DNA of 64,000 nucleotides, from positions 96,001 through 160,000 of IMG/VR virus record IMGVR_UViG_3300011871_000002; one strand, given 5' to 3'. Below are positions 18,737 through 28,340 of this stretch, one piece after another (positions within the stretch are counted from its first letter, which is position 1; the number at the start of each line of letters is the position of its first letter). Position numbers and translations under genes: made by a program. The notes beneath the pieces were generated by a model. The model did no database searches, was not told where the DNA came from, and saw only the letters and a list, made by a program, of their open reading frames with translations. The stretch is from a virus (Duplodnaviria; Caudoviricetes).

Positions 18737-19453
18737 TTACTCCTGTGGCGTCGTGTTGGTGGTGGCTTCTTCAGTGATGGCGTCTGCCGGCGTCTCGGTG
18801 AACGCCACGTCCGACACGACGTTCGGGTCGACCAGTTCTTGCGCGGCCGTTTCAGCAGCCAGCTTGGCGCGGCGGCCTTCGTCGTACATGGCGCCCAGCT
18901 CGCTCAGGGTCATGCCCAGCAGGTTTTGCGCTTTCACGCTCCAGGCACCGTAGAGTTCGGCGATTTCCATCGCGGCCAGGGTTTCCCGGTTGCCGGTCTT
19001 GTCTTTGGCGCGGTGGGCGTGCATGTCGTGGATCTGGTCCAGTTCTTGCTTGAAGCGTTCGCAGTCCGCTTGCAGGATGCGTACACGTTCGTTGAACTGG
19101 CGCTCGTCTTTCATGTGGGCATGGATCGATTTGTCGCGCATGCCGCCGTGGCGCACACCGGGGTTGTTCGGGTCGGGGTAACCGGCGACTTCACCCATCA
19201 TGATCGGCAGCATGCCGTTGCAGGCGCGGTAGGTGCTTTCGAGGTCAGCCCAGATATCGCGCGCCGCTTCGCTCAGTGCCGCGGCTTCTTGCTTCTCGCT
19301 GTCGCTGATCTTGGCCAGTTCTTCTTTGGCCATGCGGCCGACCGGATCGTTCTTCAAAGCTTCGGCGTCGGCCTTGGCTTTGTCACGCGCTTCCTGTTCG
19401 GCGCGTGCTTTTTGCATGTCGCGCAGTTCGCGACTTTTGGACTTCTTGACCAT
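18737..19453 (-). CDS. Hypothetical coiled-coil protein
   Basis: 238 aa; RBS GGAG; biased codons; operon with the downstream gene. Confidence 0.7.
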   Translation of the reverse strand: MVKKSKSRELRDMQKARAEQEARDKAKADAEALKNDPVGRMAKEELAKISDSEKQEAAALSEAARDIWADLESTYRACNGMLPIMMGEVAGYPDPNNPGVRHGGMRDKSIHAHMKDERQFNERVRILQADCERFKQELDQIHDMHAHRAKDKTGNRETLAAMEIAELYGAWSVKAQNLLGMTLSELGAMYDEGRRAKLAAETAAQELVDPNVVSDVAFTETPADAITEEATTNTTPQE

Positions 19454-19616
19454 GATGGCTCCACTTAGGTTTTATAAGGAATGAACGCAAATCATCTGAC
19501 TCAATGGTGGCAGAATCAAAGTGATTGCAGGTGAAATCAGAAGGCCACTGAAAAAATCAGCACTCTCCGCTACTTTATTTAAATCAACAATATTTTTCGA
19601 CACACATGGAGCAACC

Positions 19617-20450
19617 ATGCTCGACCTTCACCGCCAGTACGTGGTAGAAAACGCCACGCCTGAACTCAGGACTGTTATTGAACGGGCCTATGCTATCTTG
19701 GTTACGATGGGTAGCCCTGAACTCGATGACAGTCTCGAAGAACTGATCATGCTCGATACGACCGTAGAGACGGGCGTGACGATGACCCGTATTAACAATT
19801 TGTTACGGGACCTCCAACACGATATGCTCAAACAACATGAAGTTTGGGTCGTGGAAGACGCACCGCTGAGCCTGACCACCGCGCTGCTGGAAGGCTTACT
19901 GAACATCCAAGAATACGAGGACATGGGAAGCGTCTATCGCATCACCACGAGCGACCAGGAACCCGCCGATACGTTCGCTGAAACGATGACGCTGGTGACT
20001 TCGCTGGAAGCGCACAACCTCGTGATGAGTCTGGAAGAAGTGGGGCCGAGCCTCATTCGGCGTCTGCGTGAAATCGCCGGTACCCGTGAAGAAGAAATCA
20101 TCACGGACGAAGAACGAATCGAGCGCGCCAATTACATTAGCCGCATCAACCAGTTCTGCCACTATACCCGTTCGCGCCACTACAAGCTCATTGAGCTGAT
20201 CAAAGGCGGCTGGAGCGTGGGCTACCCCTTCACTACCTATGCTGACCATGTGGGGCGGGAATTCGAAGGCATCATTCCAGAACAGATCGCCAAGGAAATG
20301 ATCTTGATGGCCCTAGCCTCGTGTGATGGTGCCCTTAATCCCCGTACCGTGATCAAACCGAACCTCGAACGGTACATTGCCAGTGTGAACGTGACCACCA
20401 AGGTCGACATCGAGGTCAACCGACTATTACAAGGATTTACCCATGAATAA
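19617..20450 (+). CDS. Conserved phiKZ-like hypothetical protein (gp79-like)
   Basis: ATG 19617 behind GGAG; overlaps the vRNAP gene start. Confidence 0.65.
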   Translation: MLDLHRQYVVENATPELRTVIERAYAILVTMGSPELDDSLEELIMLDTTVETGVTMTRINNLLRDLQHDMLKQHEVWVVEDAPLSLTTALLEGLLNIQEYEDMGSVYRITTSDQEPADTFAETMTLVTSLEAHNLVMSLEEVGPSLIRRLREIAGTREEEIITDEERIERANYISRINQFCHYTRSRHYKLIELIKGGWSVGYPFTTYADHVGREFEGIIPEQIAKEMILMALASCDGALNPRTVIKPNLERYIASVNVTTKVDIEVNRLLQGFTHE

Positions 20451-21753
20451 GCGCGATTTTTTCCTGCGCGCCATGAAAGCAGAAGAGTTTCGCCGGCGTG
20501 CGTGGGTGATCTCTGCTTTCAGTCTTCTCAACGAAGGTGGTGACGCATGGAAGCAAGAAGCCTACCCGTACCGGATCGTGCAGATGCCTACCGGGCACTT
20601 TTTCGTCGATCCGGAAAAAGGCAATGACCTGACCAAGATCGACGACGCCAAGGCCGGCGAGCCGCCGTTTGCGTTCAAGGACAGGATCAAGCTCGCTAAG
20701 GGCGATTTGCCGAATGTGTTTGACAACATCGAAACCAACTACGGTAACGTACTGGCCAACTGTCTGTTGTTTGTCTACCCATTCGGCCACAAGATTCCCT
20801 TCGTGCTGGGGCGCATGAAGCCCCGTAAGCTTGAAGCCATGATTCTGGAAAAGGGCCTGAAAGATACCCCCAAAGAAGGTGCAGTGCGAGACGACAAGTT
20901 TCTCTACGTGGATGAATACAAGAAGTTCGCTGACGCCGCGTTTTCTTTGGTGGCCTATACCCAGCTATGTGTGCCGGCTGCGACGCCAAAGACCTTGGTG
21001 CCGCCGGAGGGCATTCATGAGCTGCGTGACCGGCTCTTTGAAGAAAACAAAGACCGTCTGCACGATCCGGCCGTGATGGCTAAGATCGACGCCGAACTGG
21101 TGGCGTTTGACCGCGCATGGCTCAAAGGTGATCCGGGAGAGAATTACCTGATCACGGACAAGAACATGACGATTACCCGCAAGAAGCAATTCGGCACCAT
21201 GGGCGCGGAAGGTGGCTTGAGCGAAGGCATCAACGTCAATCCGATCCGCAAGTCCTTAAGCGAAGGCTGGGAGATCGAAGCCTTCCCCCAGATGAACGAC
21301 ACGCTGCGGGCAGGTTCTTATAACCGCGGTGCCCAGACCATGCTCGGTGGCGAATCGGTGAAGTGGCTCCTGCGCGCCTCGTCGAATATCAACATCAAGG
21401 AAGGTGACTGTGGCGCTACCTTGGGGCGCCGCTGGGATGTAACGAACGATAATGTGGACCAGTTGATTGGTTTTCACTTGGTCATTCAAAACAAACCGGT
21501 CCATGTACCTGACCGGGAAGCGGCGCAGCAATACTTGGGCAAGAGCGTTGTCATGCGTAGTCCCCAGTACTGCAAACTGCCATTGACAGACTTCTGTGCC
21601 TTTTGCGTTGGCGACCGTTTGGCGGCTAACCCGTTCGCTGCCGCTACTGCTGTGGCTGGCTACGGCTCTGCCTTCCTTGACATCTATATGCAAGCGGGTC
21701 ACGGAAAGAAGCTTACAGTTGCTAAGTTCGACTGGCAAAACGACATCTTTTAA
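20443..21753 (+). CDS. Virion RNA polymerase beta' subunit, middle part (phiKZ gp80-like)
   Basis: GSYNRG..T.LGG, GDCG, RSPQYC.....FCAFCVG Zn site, trigger-loop-like YMQAGH. Confidence 0.85.
   Translation: MNKRDFFLRAMKAEEFRRRAWVISAFSLLNEGGDAWKQEAYPYRIVQMPTGHFFVDPEKGNDLTKIDDAKAGEPPFAFKDRIKLAKGDLPNVFDNIETNYGNVLANCLLFVYPFGHKIPFVLGRMKPRKLEAMILEKGLKDTPKEGAVRDDKFLYVDEYKKFADAAFSLVAYTQLCVPAATPKTLVPPEGIHELRDRLFEENKDRLHDPAVMAKIDAELVAFDRAWLKGDPGENYLITDKNMTITRKKQFGTMGAEGGLSEGINVNPIRKSLSEGWEIEAFPQMNDTLRAGSYNRGAQTMLGGESVKWLLRASSNINIKEGDCGATLGRRWDVTNDNVDQLIGFHLVIQNKPVHVPDREAAQQYLGKSVVMRSPQYCKLPLTDFCAFCVGDRLAANPFAAATAVAGYGSAFLDIYMQAGHGKKLTVAKFDWQNDIF
21724..21753 (+). repeat. Direct repeat copy 1: 3' end of vRNAP gene (KFDWQNDIF*)
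   Basis: 25/30 nt identical to 22835..22864. Confidence 0.85.
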
Positions 21754-21770
21754 GTAAATAAGTAGTTATC

Positions 21771-21828
21771 CACGGTAAAACTCCTCATCTTATGTGCAAA
21801 ATATTTGATTTATAGGAGTTTTACCGTG
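21771..21828 (+). promoter_or_regulatory. Translation-blocking hairpin over HNH RBS/start, with late-promoter-like TATG in the loop
   Basis: CACGGTAAAACTCCT (21771-21785) is the perfect reverse complement of AGGAGTTTTACCGTG (21814-21828); TATG at 21791-21794. Confidence 0.8.
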
Positions 21829-22821
21829 ACCGAAAAAATAGAGGTTATTAGACCAAATGGGTTTTACGATGTTCCTGGAAATGAATTAGTCTGGGTAGCA
21901 CGTAATGGTCGGTGCATGAACCGTCGGACTGGAAAGTTAATCTCGATAACACCAGTACAAGGTGGGTATAAGGTTGTGTCGGTATATTTGGCTCAAGGTA
22001 AGACAGCGACATTCTATCATCATCGTCTTTTGGCTTTGGCGTTTGTTCATCGACCGCCTCGTCATTTTGAGAAAACGTTTGATGAACTTGAAGTGAATCA
22101 TATTGACGGTGATAAGTGGAACAATGACCTTAGTAATTTAGAGTGGTGTACACCTGAAGAAAATGTCGATCATGCCATTCGACTTGGACTGTACACCCAC
22201 GAAGTCATCCTTGCTCGAAATATCTTAGATAATTCCATTAAGCGTTTCCTAGGCGTGACGGGGTGCTCTAGGGCGTTCAATATAGATCACAAAAGGTTGC
22301 GGCGCCATGTCGAATCTAGGTTAGCGGGTTATGTGACGTGTGGGTGGCATGTTTTTAAGTATGACGACAAGAAACCTTGGCCTCGACTCGAAGACGAACA
22401 TTACCAAGAGAATACATGGGAAAAACACTTTGGTATGTGGGTAGCAAAGAAGGTAACAGACCCGAGTAAAATCATTATCTCTTCAACTGTTGCCGGTTTA
22501 TCCCAGATGTTGCAGATCCCCTATCATGTTCTTCGAAAACATTTAAGAAATAAAACAGATGCAATTCTCTTCGATGAATGGGTGTGTTCGTACGATGAGT
22601 TCTCTGTTGAACGTGCTAACGATCGTGCGTCTATCTACATTGACCGCGTTATTTTTCCACCCAAAGATGTTACAGTAAAAAACCGAATCACTGGAGAAAT
22701 CCAAACCTTTGCTAGTCGCAATATTGCCGCGACTTCGCTAGGAGTACATCCAGACAGGATTCGATATGCCCTAAAGGCCAAGGGCGGTGTTATCGGTGAT
22801 TTACAATTTATTGAAGCTTGA
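21826..22821 (+). mobile_element. Free-standing HNH homing endonuclease (NUMOD4/HNH_3-type)
   Basis: HHRLLALAF, EVNHIDGDKWNNDLSNLEWCTPEEN..HA, C-terminal NUMOD1-like HTH; visibly AT-rich versus flanks. GTG 21826 behind AGGAG. Confidence 0.9.
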
Positions 22822-22834
22822 TAAAGAGTTCACC

Positions 22835-22864
22835 AAGTTCGATTGGCAGAAAGATATCTTCTAA
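22835..22864 (+). repeat. Direct repeat copy 2: orphan duplicate of the vRNAP gene 3' end (KFDWQKDIF*)
   Basis: AAGTTCGATTGGCAGAAAGATATCTTCTAA; all 5 mismatches to copy 1 fall at third codon positions. Confidence 0.85.
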
Positions 22865-22914
22865 TCTTGTGTAGGCGACATCGCCACTTTCATTCATTTC
22901 TCTGAGGTATTTCC

Positions 22915-23703
22915 ATGTCCAAAGATCAGCGTCAAAAACAAGGCAACAACAAACCTTCCGCCCAGTTCACGGGTAACCAACCGAAGACGGCCATGAACAA
23001 TGAACAAGACAACCAACACCAGCAAAACAATGACGGTGGCGGCACTGCTGCTGACACTGCAACGCACTCCAACACCGGCGCCGTTCAATCCCAGCAAGAT
23101 CATGGCGGAGCAGCGCCGGCAGTTCAATCCAGCGAAAATCATGGCGAAGCTGCGGCAGGAGCGTCGACTGGCGAACAGCACGACGATGTGACCAGCCGTC
23201 GTGCAACCGAAGAAGAGCAAGACAGCCGCTGGTTCCCGCCCGCCGAACTGTGGGCACGCCCGGCCATCTCGCAGCACGCCAAGGGCCTGCTGGAAGACCT
23301 GCATGCGTACATCGAACGTATGGGGCCGACCTGCCCGATGACCGTCGCCATGGGCGCCACCAACCAACGCCGTCTGTTCCGCACTCTGCAAGGCATCATC
23401 AACGACCTCGACGGTACCGACTTCGACCTGGCCTTCGGCACCCTGCTGAAACTGATCGAGACGCACGCCAAGGGCGCCTTCTACGACCTGAACGTGTACC
23501 GCTTCCTGGACTCGGCAGAACTGACCCTCACCCAATCCGAGCGCCGTGCATTCCGCGACATCCTGAACTTCCTGATCAAGATCGCCCCGGAAGGTTCGCG
23601 CCACCATGTGGTGAAACAGGTGAACCTCGAAGTGACCTTCGCCGGCCGCAGCTTCAGCGAAGACGGCCGTCAGCGCGTGCAGAACTTCTGCCACATCCGC
23701 TAA
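22915..23703 (+). CDS. Conserved phiKZ-like hypothetical protein with low-complexity N-terminus
   Basis: RBS GAGG; strongly biased codons; downstream hairpin at 23714-23739. Confidence 0.7.
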   Translation: MSKDQRQKQGNNKPSAQFTGNQPKTAMNNEQDNQHQQNNDGGGTAADTATHSNTGAVQSQQDHGGAAPAVQSSENHGEAAAGASTGEQHDDVTSRRATEEEQDSRWFPPAELWARPAISQHAKGLLEDLHAYIERMGPTCPMTVAMGATNQRRLFRTLQGIINDLDGTDFDLAFGTLLKLIETHAKGAFYDLNVYRFLDSAELTLTQSERRAFRDILNFLIKIAPEGSRHHVVKQVNLEVTFAGRSFSEDGRQRVQNFCHIR

Positions 23704-23766
23704 TACCTGCCACGATCGGGGCGGTAGTCACTGCCCCGATTCGACTACCATCAAGGGGAGAAAACA

Positions 23767-24588
23767 ATGCATGCGGCTATGCCCGCCTATTTCACACGCG
23801 AATACATTCGTCAAGTGCAAATGGCATTGAATGAGAAGACCAAGATGAATCTGCCTACCACGGGTCGCTTTAATGCGGGTTGGGCAGAGTTACTGAAGCG
23901 GGTGCAGATTGAAAACGGTTTGCTGCCAACTGCCAAGTACGACCAAGATACCCAGGAACTACTCGAACCATTTATCCAGATGAAGTATCTGCAAGATGGT
24001 GACTTCGAGGAAGCCGCAGCACTACTGGGCTGCGAGAAAGAGGCCATCAAGGCCGTCGCGCGCACTGCGATGTACGCTTCTGGTTTCATCAGTAGCGGCA
24101 AGTGCCGGATCACGTTCAAGCGTGAACGTTTTTACCAAGAGTTGCGAAAGCGCTTGTCGGAAGAAGAAATCAAGACGCACGAGCGGCGTAACCCTTCCGT
24201 GGTCGCACCTAATGGCGGCGGCTACCTATGTGACGACTATGAATACGTGCGCTTTTGTGCTGCCGTGTCGATCGACTCATACGCAGCGATGGTCTCGACT
24301 AGCTGGGGGATGTTCCAGTTGCCGGGTGCGAATTACCGCCAGTGTGGCTATACTGCTGTCGCTTCGTTTGCGATGGACATGCAACACTCTGAGCGCCGCC
24401 AGATGCTGGCTCTGGCCAAGTTCATCAAAGCGTCACCTACACTGCTCAAAGCGATCCGGGAGAAGGACTGGAATGCTTTTTGCTTACGCTACTTTGGTGA
24501 CGCCTACAGCCTGTACCAGTACGATCAGCGCATGCGCAGCAGCTACACCGATTTGACCCGTCAACGCAAAGCATCCATTGCTGCGTAG
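23767..24588 (+). CDS. N-acetylmuramidase (DUF3380)-family protein with N-terminal peptidoglycan-binding domain; catalytic Glu apparently absent
   Basis: PG_binding_1-like repeats (VRQVQMALN..TG.F; VQIENGL.PT..YD..T); STSWGMFQ..G.NY..CGY motif. Family AVAxVES reads AVARTAM here. Confidence 0.75.
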   Translation: MHAAMPAYFTREYIRQVQMALNEKTKMNLPTTGRFNAGWAELLKRVQIENGLLPTAKYDQDTQELLEPFIQMKYLQDGDFEEAAALLGCEKEAIKAVARTAMYASGFISSGKCRITFKRERFYQELRKRLSEEEIKTHERRNPSVVAPNGGGYLCDDYEYVRFCAAVSIDSYAAMVSTSWGMFQLPGANYRQCGYTAVASFAMDMQHSERRQMLALAKFIKASPTLLKAIREKDWNAFCLRYFGDAYSLYQYDQRMRSSYTDLTRQRKASIAA

Positions 24589-24590
24589 TC

Positions 24591-24640
24591 GGGCATAAGA
24601 GCCGAGGAAATGCTCCCCGGCTCTTTTTTCTTTTATGCCG
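24591..24640. terminator. Bidirectional terminator with GGCATAA...TTATGCC arms
   Basis: GGCATAAGAGCCG...CGGCTCTTTTTTCTTTTATGCC between convergent genes. Confidence 0.75.
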
Positions 24641-26459
24641 CCATTTCAAGTGGCTGCGCCAAAGTCGACTCGTACGCAATCGGGCCGATGGTGATCGGTG
24701 GCAAGCCTTCGTCCATCAAGAAGGCATCGAGCAGGGTATCGAGTTCTGGTACCTTGAGTAGCACCGTGCAGAATTCCACCGCGTTGGTATGGCCACCTGA
24801 GAGGTTGATACCCTGTTCACGCTGGTCTTCAAAGTCCACACCCTCGATCCGGTGGATTTCACGCACCGTGGTATCTTTCGAGGTATTGAAGACCGCGCCG
24901 CCATTGGGGTAACTCGCGGCCACATCCAGGTCACCCACGTGAATCCGGATATTGGTTTCACGGCTTGGCCAATCTTCCAGCACCTTCAGGCCATTCATGG
25001 CGATGTTCGAGGCCGGTAGCGTACAAATCCAACCATCGAGCGGCACCACTAAACTATCGAGTTCATGGGCCATCTGGTCACTGGTCGTACCCAGCACATA
25101 GTTCTTGGTCTGCACAAAGAAGTGCAGGTTGTCAGCTGAGCAACGCGGCTGGGAAGAGAAGTCGCGGAAGTCGCTCGACCCGGCCATCATCGGCATCGTC
25201 AAGCGCAAGTCGTTGGTCTCTTCGTCCAGTAGTTCTGGCCCCACACAGTCGAACACGTTGTAGATGATGTATTCGAGCGGGTACTTGCTCTGCATCAGGC
25301 GGTGCCATGCCAGCCCACCCAGGTTCTCGGCTTCTTGCACGGTTTTTAGTTTACCGCGACCCTTGAGGTGTTTCTTCTGGATCGCATCCAGTGCGTAACT
25401 TGGCTCATCGGCTTCAGCGCCAGTACGGATGCGCTTATACGCACAGGCATTGTCAACGAAGTAAAAGCCAGCCGGCATGGCAACCGTGTGCCATTGCTCC
25501 ACCCATTTGAGGGGCTTGACCTTGCCCGAGGCCGTCACCATTTTGTTCTTGCCTTGGATGTACTCGAAGTGGCGATACTTGCGTCCGAGTTTCGGGTCGC
25601 AGAAGATTTCCTTGGGATCGATCCCGTTGCGCTCCAGTGTCGCCAAGGTTTTCGGAATATCGTAATTGATGTTCCAGATACCCACAAAGTCAGGTTGCCA
25701 CTCGTGAGCACGCGCAAAGACATACTTGATGATCTGTACTGGACCGTCGACGATCTTCAAGTCCCACTTGATCTGACGTTTTTCCACGTCTTCGGCCATG
25801 AGCTTGTTGAGAAGCTCCTGTAACTGCTTTTCGACATTCAGGTAACCGTTGACGAACTTTCTGTCCACAGCGGTCACGATGCGGTCCCTATAGGAAAGGG
25901 TCGCCATGATGATCTCGGTGCCGTCGCCATTGACCACATCGGTTTCGATGTCGAACACTGCCAAGGAGTTCGGTGTGGTCAGGTTGGGAAAACGCTGTTG
26001 GTAGGTGCGCTTGATCAGGGTGGTCGACTTGATGTCGGCGCCGTAGATGTACGGGTTACGCAGCAGTTGGCGCACCGAGCCACTGACCATGCGCGGCACT
26101 TCGGCCGAGCGTTTGAAACTTGGGTTGCGTGGCTGTGCGGCGATCACACCAGCCATCTGGCGGTGCATCCTGGACTGGGTGCAGACAAAGCGATCCAGTT
26201 TGCTTTTGTGTTCCCACTCTTTCTTTTCCAAGTGATTTTGGAAATTAACCTTGGTGACGTAAAAGGGTCGCTCATAGTTCTCGATCAAGACCGTGCGCGG
26301 TACCTTGCGGCCGTCTTTGAAATGCACCACTTCTTTCACGAGATGATAGTCGATGTTTTGGCCCAGCGGGGCTTCACAAAAGACTACGTGACGCGCTTCG
26401 ATCCCGAGCACGTCCGCCGGTAGGTTCTTCAGGTAGTCAATGAGGTTTTTGATAATCAT
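24633..26459 (-). CDS. Split family-B DNA polymerase subunit with DnaQ-like 3'-5' exonuclease (phiKZ gp82-like)
   Basis: Exo I FDIET, Exo II WNINYD, Exo III YNVFD, PolB motif A-like DLDVAASYP near the C-terminus. Confidence 0.85.
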   Translation of the reverse strand: MIIKNLIDYLKNLPADVLGIEARHVVFCEAPLGQNIDYHLVKEVVHFKDGRKVPRTVLIENYERPFYVTKVNFQNHLEKKEWEHKSKLDRFVCTQSRMHRQMAGVIAAQPRNPSFKRSAEVPRMVSGSVRQLLRNPYIYGADIKSTTLIKRTYQQRFPNLTTPNSLAVFDIETDVVNGDGTEIIMATLSYRDRIVTAVDRKFVNGYLNVEKQLQELLNKLMAEDVEKRQIKWDLKIVDGPVQIIKYVFARAHEWQPDFVGIWNINYDIPKTLATLERNGIDPKEIFCDPKLGRKYRHFEYIQGKNKMVTASGKVKPLKWVEQWHTVAMPAGFYFVDNACAYKRIRTGAEADEPSYALDAIQKKHLKGRGKLKTVQEAENLGGLAWHRLMQSKYPLEYIIYNVFDCVGPELLDEETNDLRLTMPMMAGSSDFRDFSSQPRCSADNLHFFVQTKNYVLGTTSDQMAHELDSLVVPLDGWICTLPASNIAMNGLKVLEDWPSRETNIRIHVGDLDVAASYPNGGAVFNTSKDTTVREIHRIEGVDFEDQREQGINLSGGHTNAVEFCTVLLKVPELDTLLDAFLMDEGLPPITIGPIAYESTLAQPLEMAA

Positions 26460-26601
26460 GGCAGCTCGTCTTCTTGTTGGGCGTGTATTTCGATAATCAC
26501 TATGAGTTTCAGCTACATTTTAGTGTAGCCTTCTCGGTCAGAATATCTACCGAGATTGTTATATTTGACTTTCCTGACTTATACGACCAAAGGACAGCAC
26601 C

Positions 26602-27831
26602 ATGGGCATCATGCGTAACACCAGTCTGGAGTCGATCAATTTCCAATCCCAACAGTTCTACAACGAACTGACGCTGGCAATGGAAGCCATCGACGAACTG
26701 GACCCGAAAAAGGTACCAGACAGCGAACCTGAAGAGCGGCTCAGCAAAATCATCCGGGATTACACCGGCATGAGTATTACGGTCACGTTCGGCCAGCACA
26801 TGCCGTCGATCCGTATTCCTGAAGTAAGCAAAAACAACATCCTGATCCAGAACTACCTGCGTAACTATGTCGATGGTGTCGACGGTCTGGCTGCGCTGCA
26901 AAAGAACGATGGTGTCATGCGCGGCACGGTCGACCTGGTGCGCAACAAAGTTACGGGGGTATTCTCCGAATTCCCAGCCACGCTGCGCATGCCGCTGTCG
27001 ATGGTCAAGAGCAAGTACACCGCGCGCCAAAAGGCCGCGATCGTGCTGCACGAAGTCGGCCACCTGTTCTACTTCTTCGCCTTCATGGCCAATCTCGTCT
27101 CGGTCAACCAAGCTCTGTCGGCGGTGTCCAAAGCCATGGACGGTTCGGGTTCTATCGAACAGCGCGAAGTCGTGTTCGTCTCGGTCAAGAAAGCCCTGAA
27201 GCTGCCGGACCTGGACGAGAAAGAACTGGCCAAATCGACCGACAAGAAAGTCGTCGAAACCGTGATCCTGTCGGCGGTGGCGCGCGAGTCGCGCAGCCAG
27301 CTGGGCCGCAGCCTCTATGACAGCAATAGCTGGGAGTACCTGGCTGACCAGTATGCGGCGCGCTGCGGCGCCTACCGCGACCTCGTCACTGCGCTCGAAA
27401 CGCTGTACAAGGGTTACGGCAACATTTCGTTCCGCTCCCTGCCGGTGTACCTGTTCATGGAAGTGATGAAGATCGGCTTCCTGTTCCTGCTGCCGGTTGT
27501 GACGGTGGTGCTTGCCGCGATGGATGGCAGCGACGCCTCCTACGACAAACCTGGCGCCCGCATGCTGCGTATTCGCAGCCAGATCATCGAGAACCTGAAA
27601 GACCGCGACCTCGACAAAGACGATGTCGACCGTCTGCAAGAAGACATCCGGGTCATCGACAGCGTTCTGCAAGGCGTGAACGACCGCCGCCAATTCTTCG
27701 AGGTGATGTGGGACACGCTCATTCCTTCGGCGCGCAAGGACCGTAATTACGTCCATCTCCAGCAAGACCTCGAAAAGCTCGCCACCAACGAGCTGTTCCT
27801 GAAGGCTGCGCAACTGCGCACCGCCGCTTAA
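26602..27831 (+). CDS. Virion protein with HExxH zinc-metalloprotease motif
   Basis: IVLHEVGH ... EYLADQYA; N-terminal SLE prohead-protease site; hydrophobic segment FLFLLPVVTVVLAAM. Confidence 0.65.
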   Translation: MGIMRNTSLESINFQSQQFYNELTLAMEAIDELDPKKVPDSEPEERLSKIIRDYTGMSITVTFGQHMPSIRIPEVSKNNILIQNYLRNYVDGVDGLAALQKNDGVMRGTVDLVRNKVTGVFSEFPATLRMPLSMVKSKYTARQKAAIVLHEVGHLFYFFAFMANLVSVNQALSAVSKAMDGSGSIEQREVVFVSVKKALKLPDLDEKELAKSTDKKVVETVILSAVARESRSQLGRSLYDSNSWEYLADQYAARCGAYRDLVTALETLYKGYGNISFRSLPVYLFMEVMKIGFLFLLPVVTVVLAAMDGSDASYDKPGARMLRIRSQIIENLKDRDLDKDDVDRLQEDIRVIDSVLQGVNDRRQFFEVMWDTLIPSARKDRNYVHLQQDLEKLATNELFLKAAQLRTAA

Positions 27832-27857
27832 CTCTTTTTTCCTCCAGAAGGATCATC

Positions 27858-28340
27858 ATGAAAGAACTGTTCCACCAATTCGACGCACAGGCGCGTCACC
27901 AGATTCAAGATTCGCTGCTGCGTAGCCGCATTATCGCGGCGGCCGTGGCCACCGCCATCGCCCAGTCGCAACCCCTGCCCAGTAGCGAAGTGGCGCACGC
28001 CAGCGAATACTTCACCAATCACGTGATGCCGGCAGCGATGTCGATCATCTCCGAATTCAACGAAAGCATCGTGTTCGACACGGCCGCCACGCTCGACCAG
28101 ACCCGCATGCTGTGGCAGCTGCGCTACTTCTCGGCATACCGCCCGAACCACCAACTACTGCTGGGTGAAGGAAACTTCTTCACCGCCTTTACCGGGATCG
28201 ACGTGATCGTCTCGGACAACTTCTACGCCTTCATGAATAGCAACGCGGCCGCAGTCGTCAACCTGTCGCTGTTCGCCACCGACATCATCCGTTCGCAGGC
28301 CGCCGCGCAAGTCCAGGCCGCAGGAGTGGCCGCGCGATGA
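27858..28340 (+). CDS. Putative virion protein
   Basis: RBS GAAGGA; 160 aa; within the structural operon. Confidence 0.6.
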   Translation: MKELFHQFDAQARHQIQDSLLRSRIIAAAVATAIAQSQPLPSSEVAHASEYFTNHVMPAAMSIISEFNESIVFDTAATLDQTRMLWQLRYFSAYRPNHQLLLGEGNFFTAFTGIDVIVSDNFYAFMNSNAAAVVNLSLFATDIIRSQAAAQVQAAGVAAR

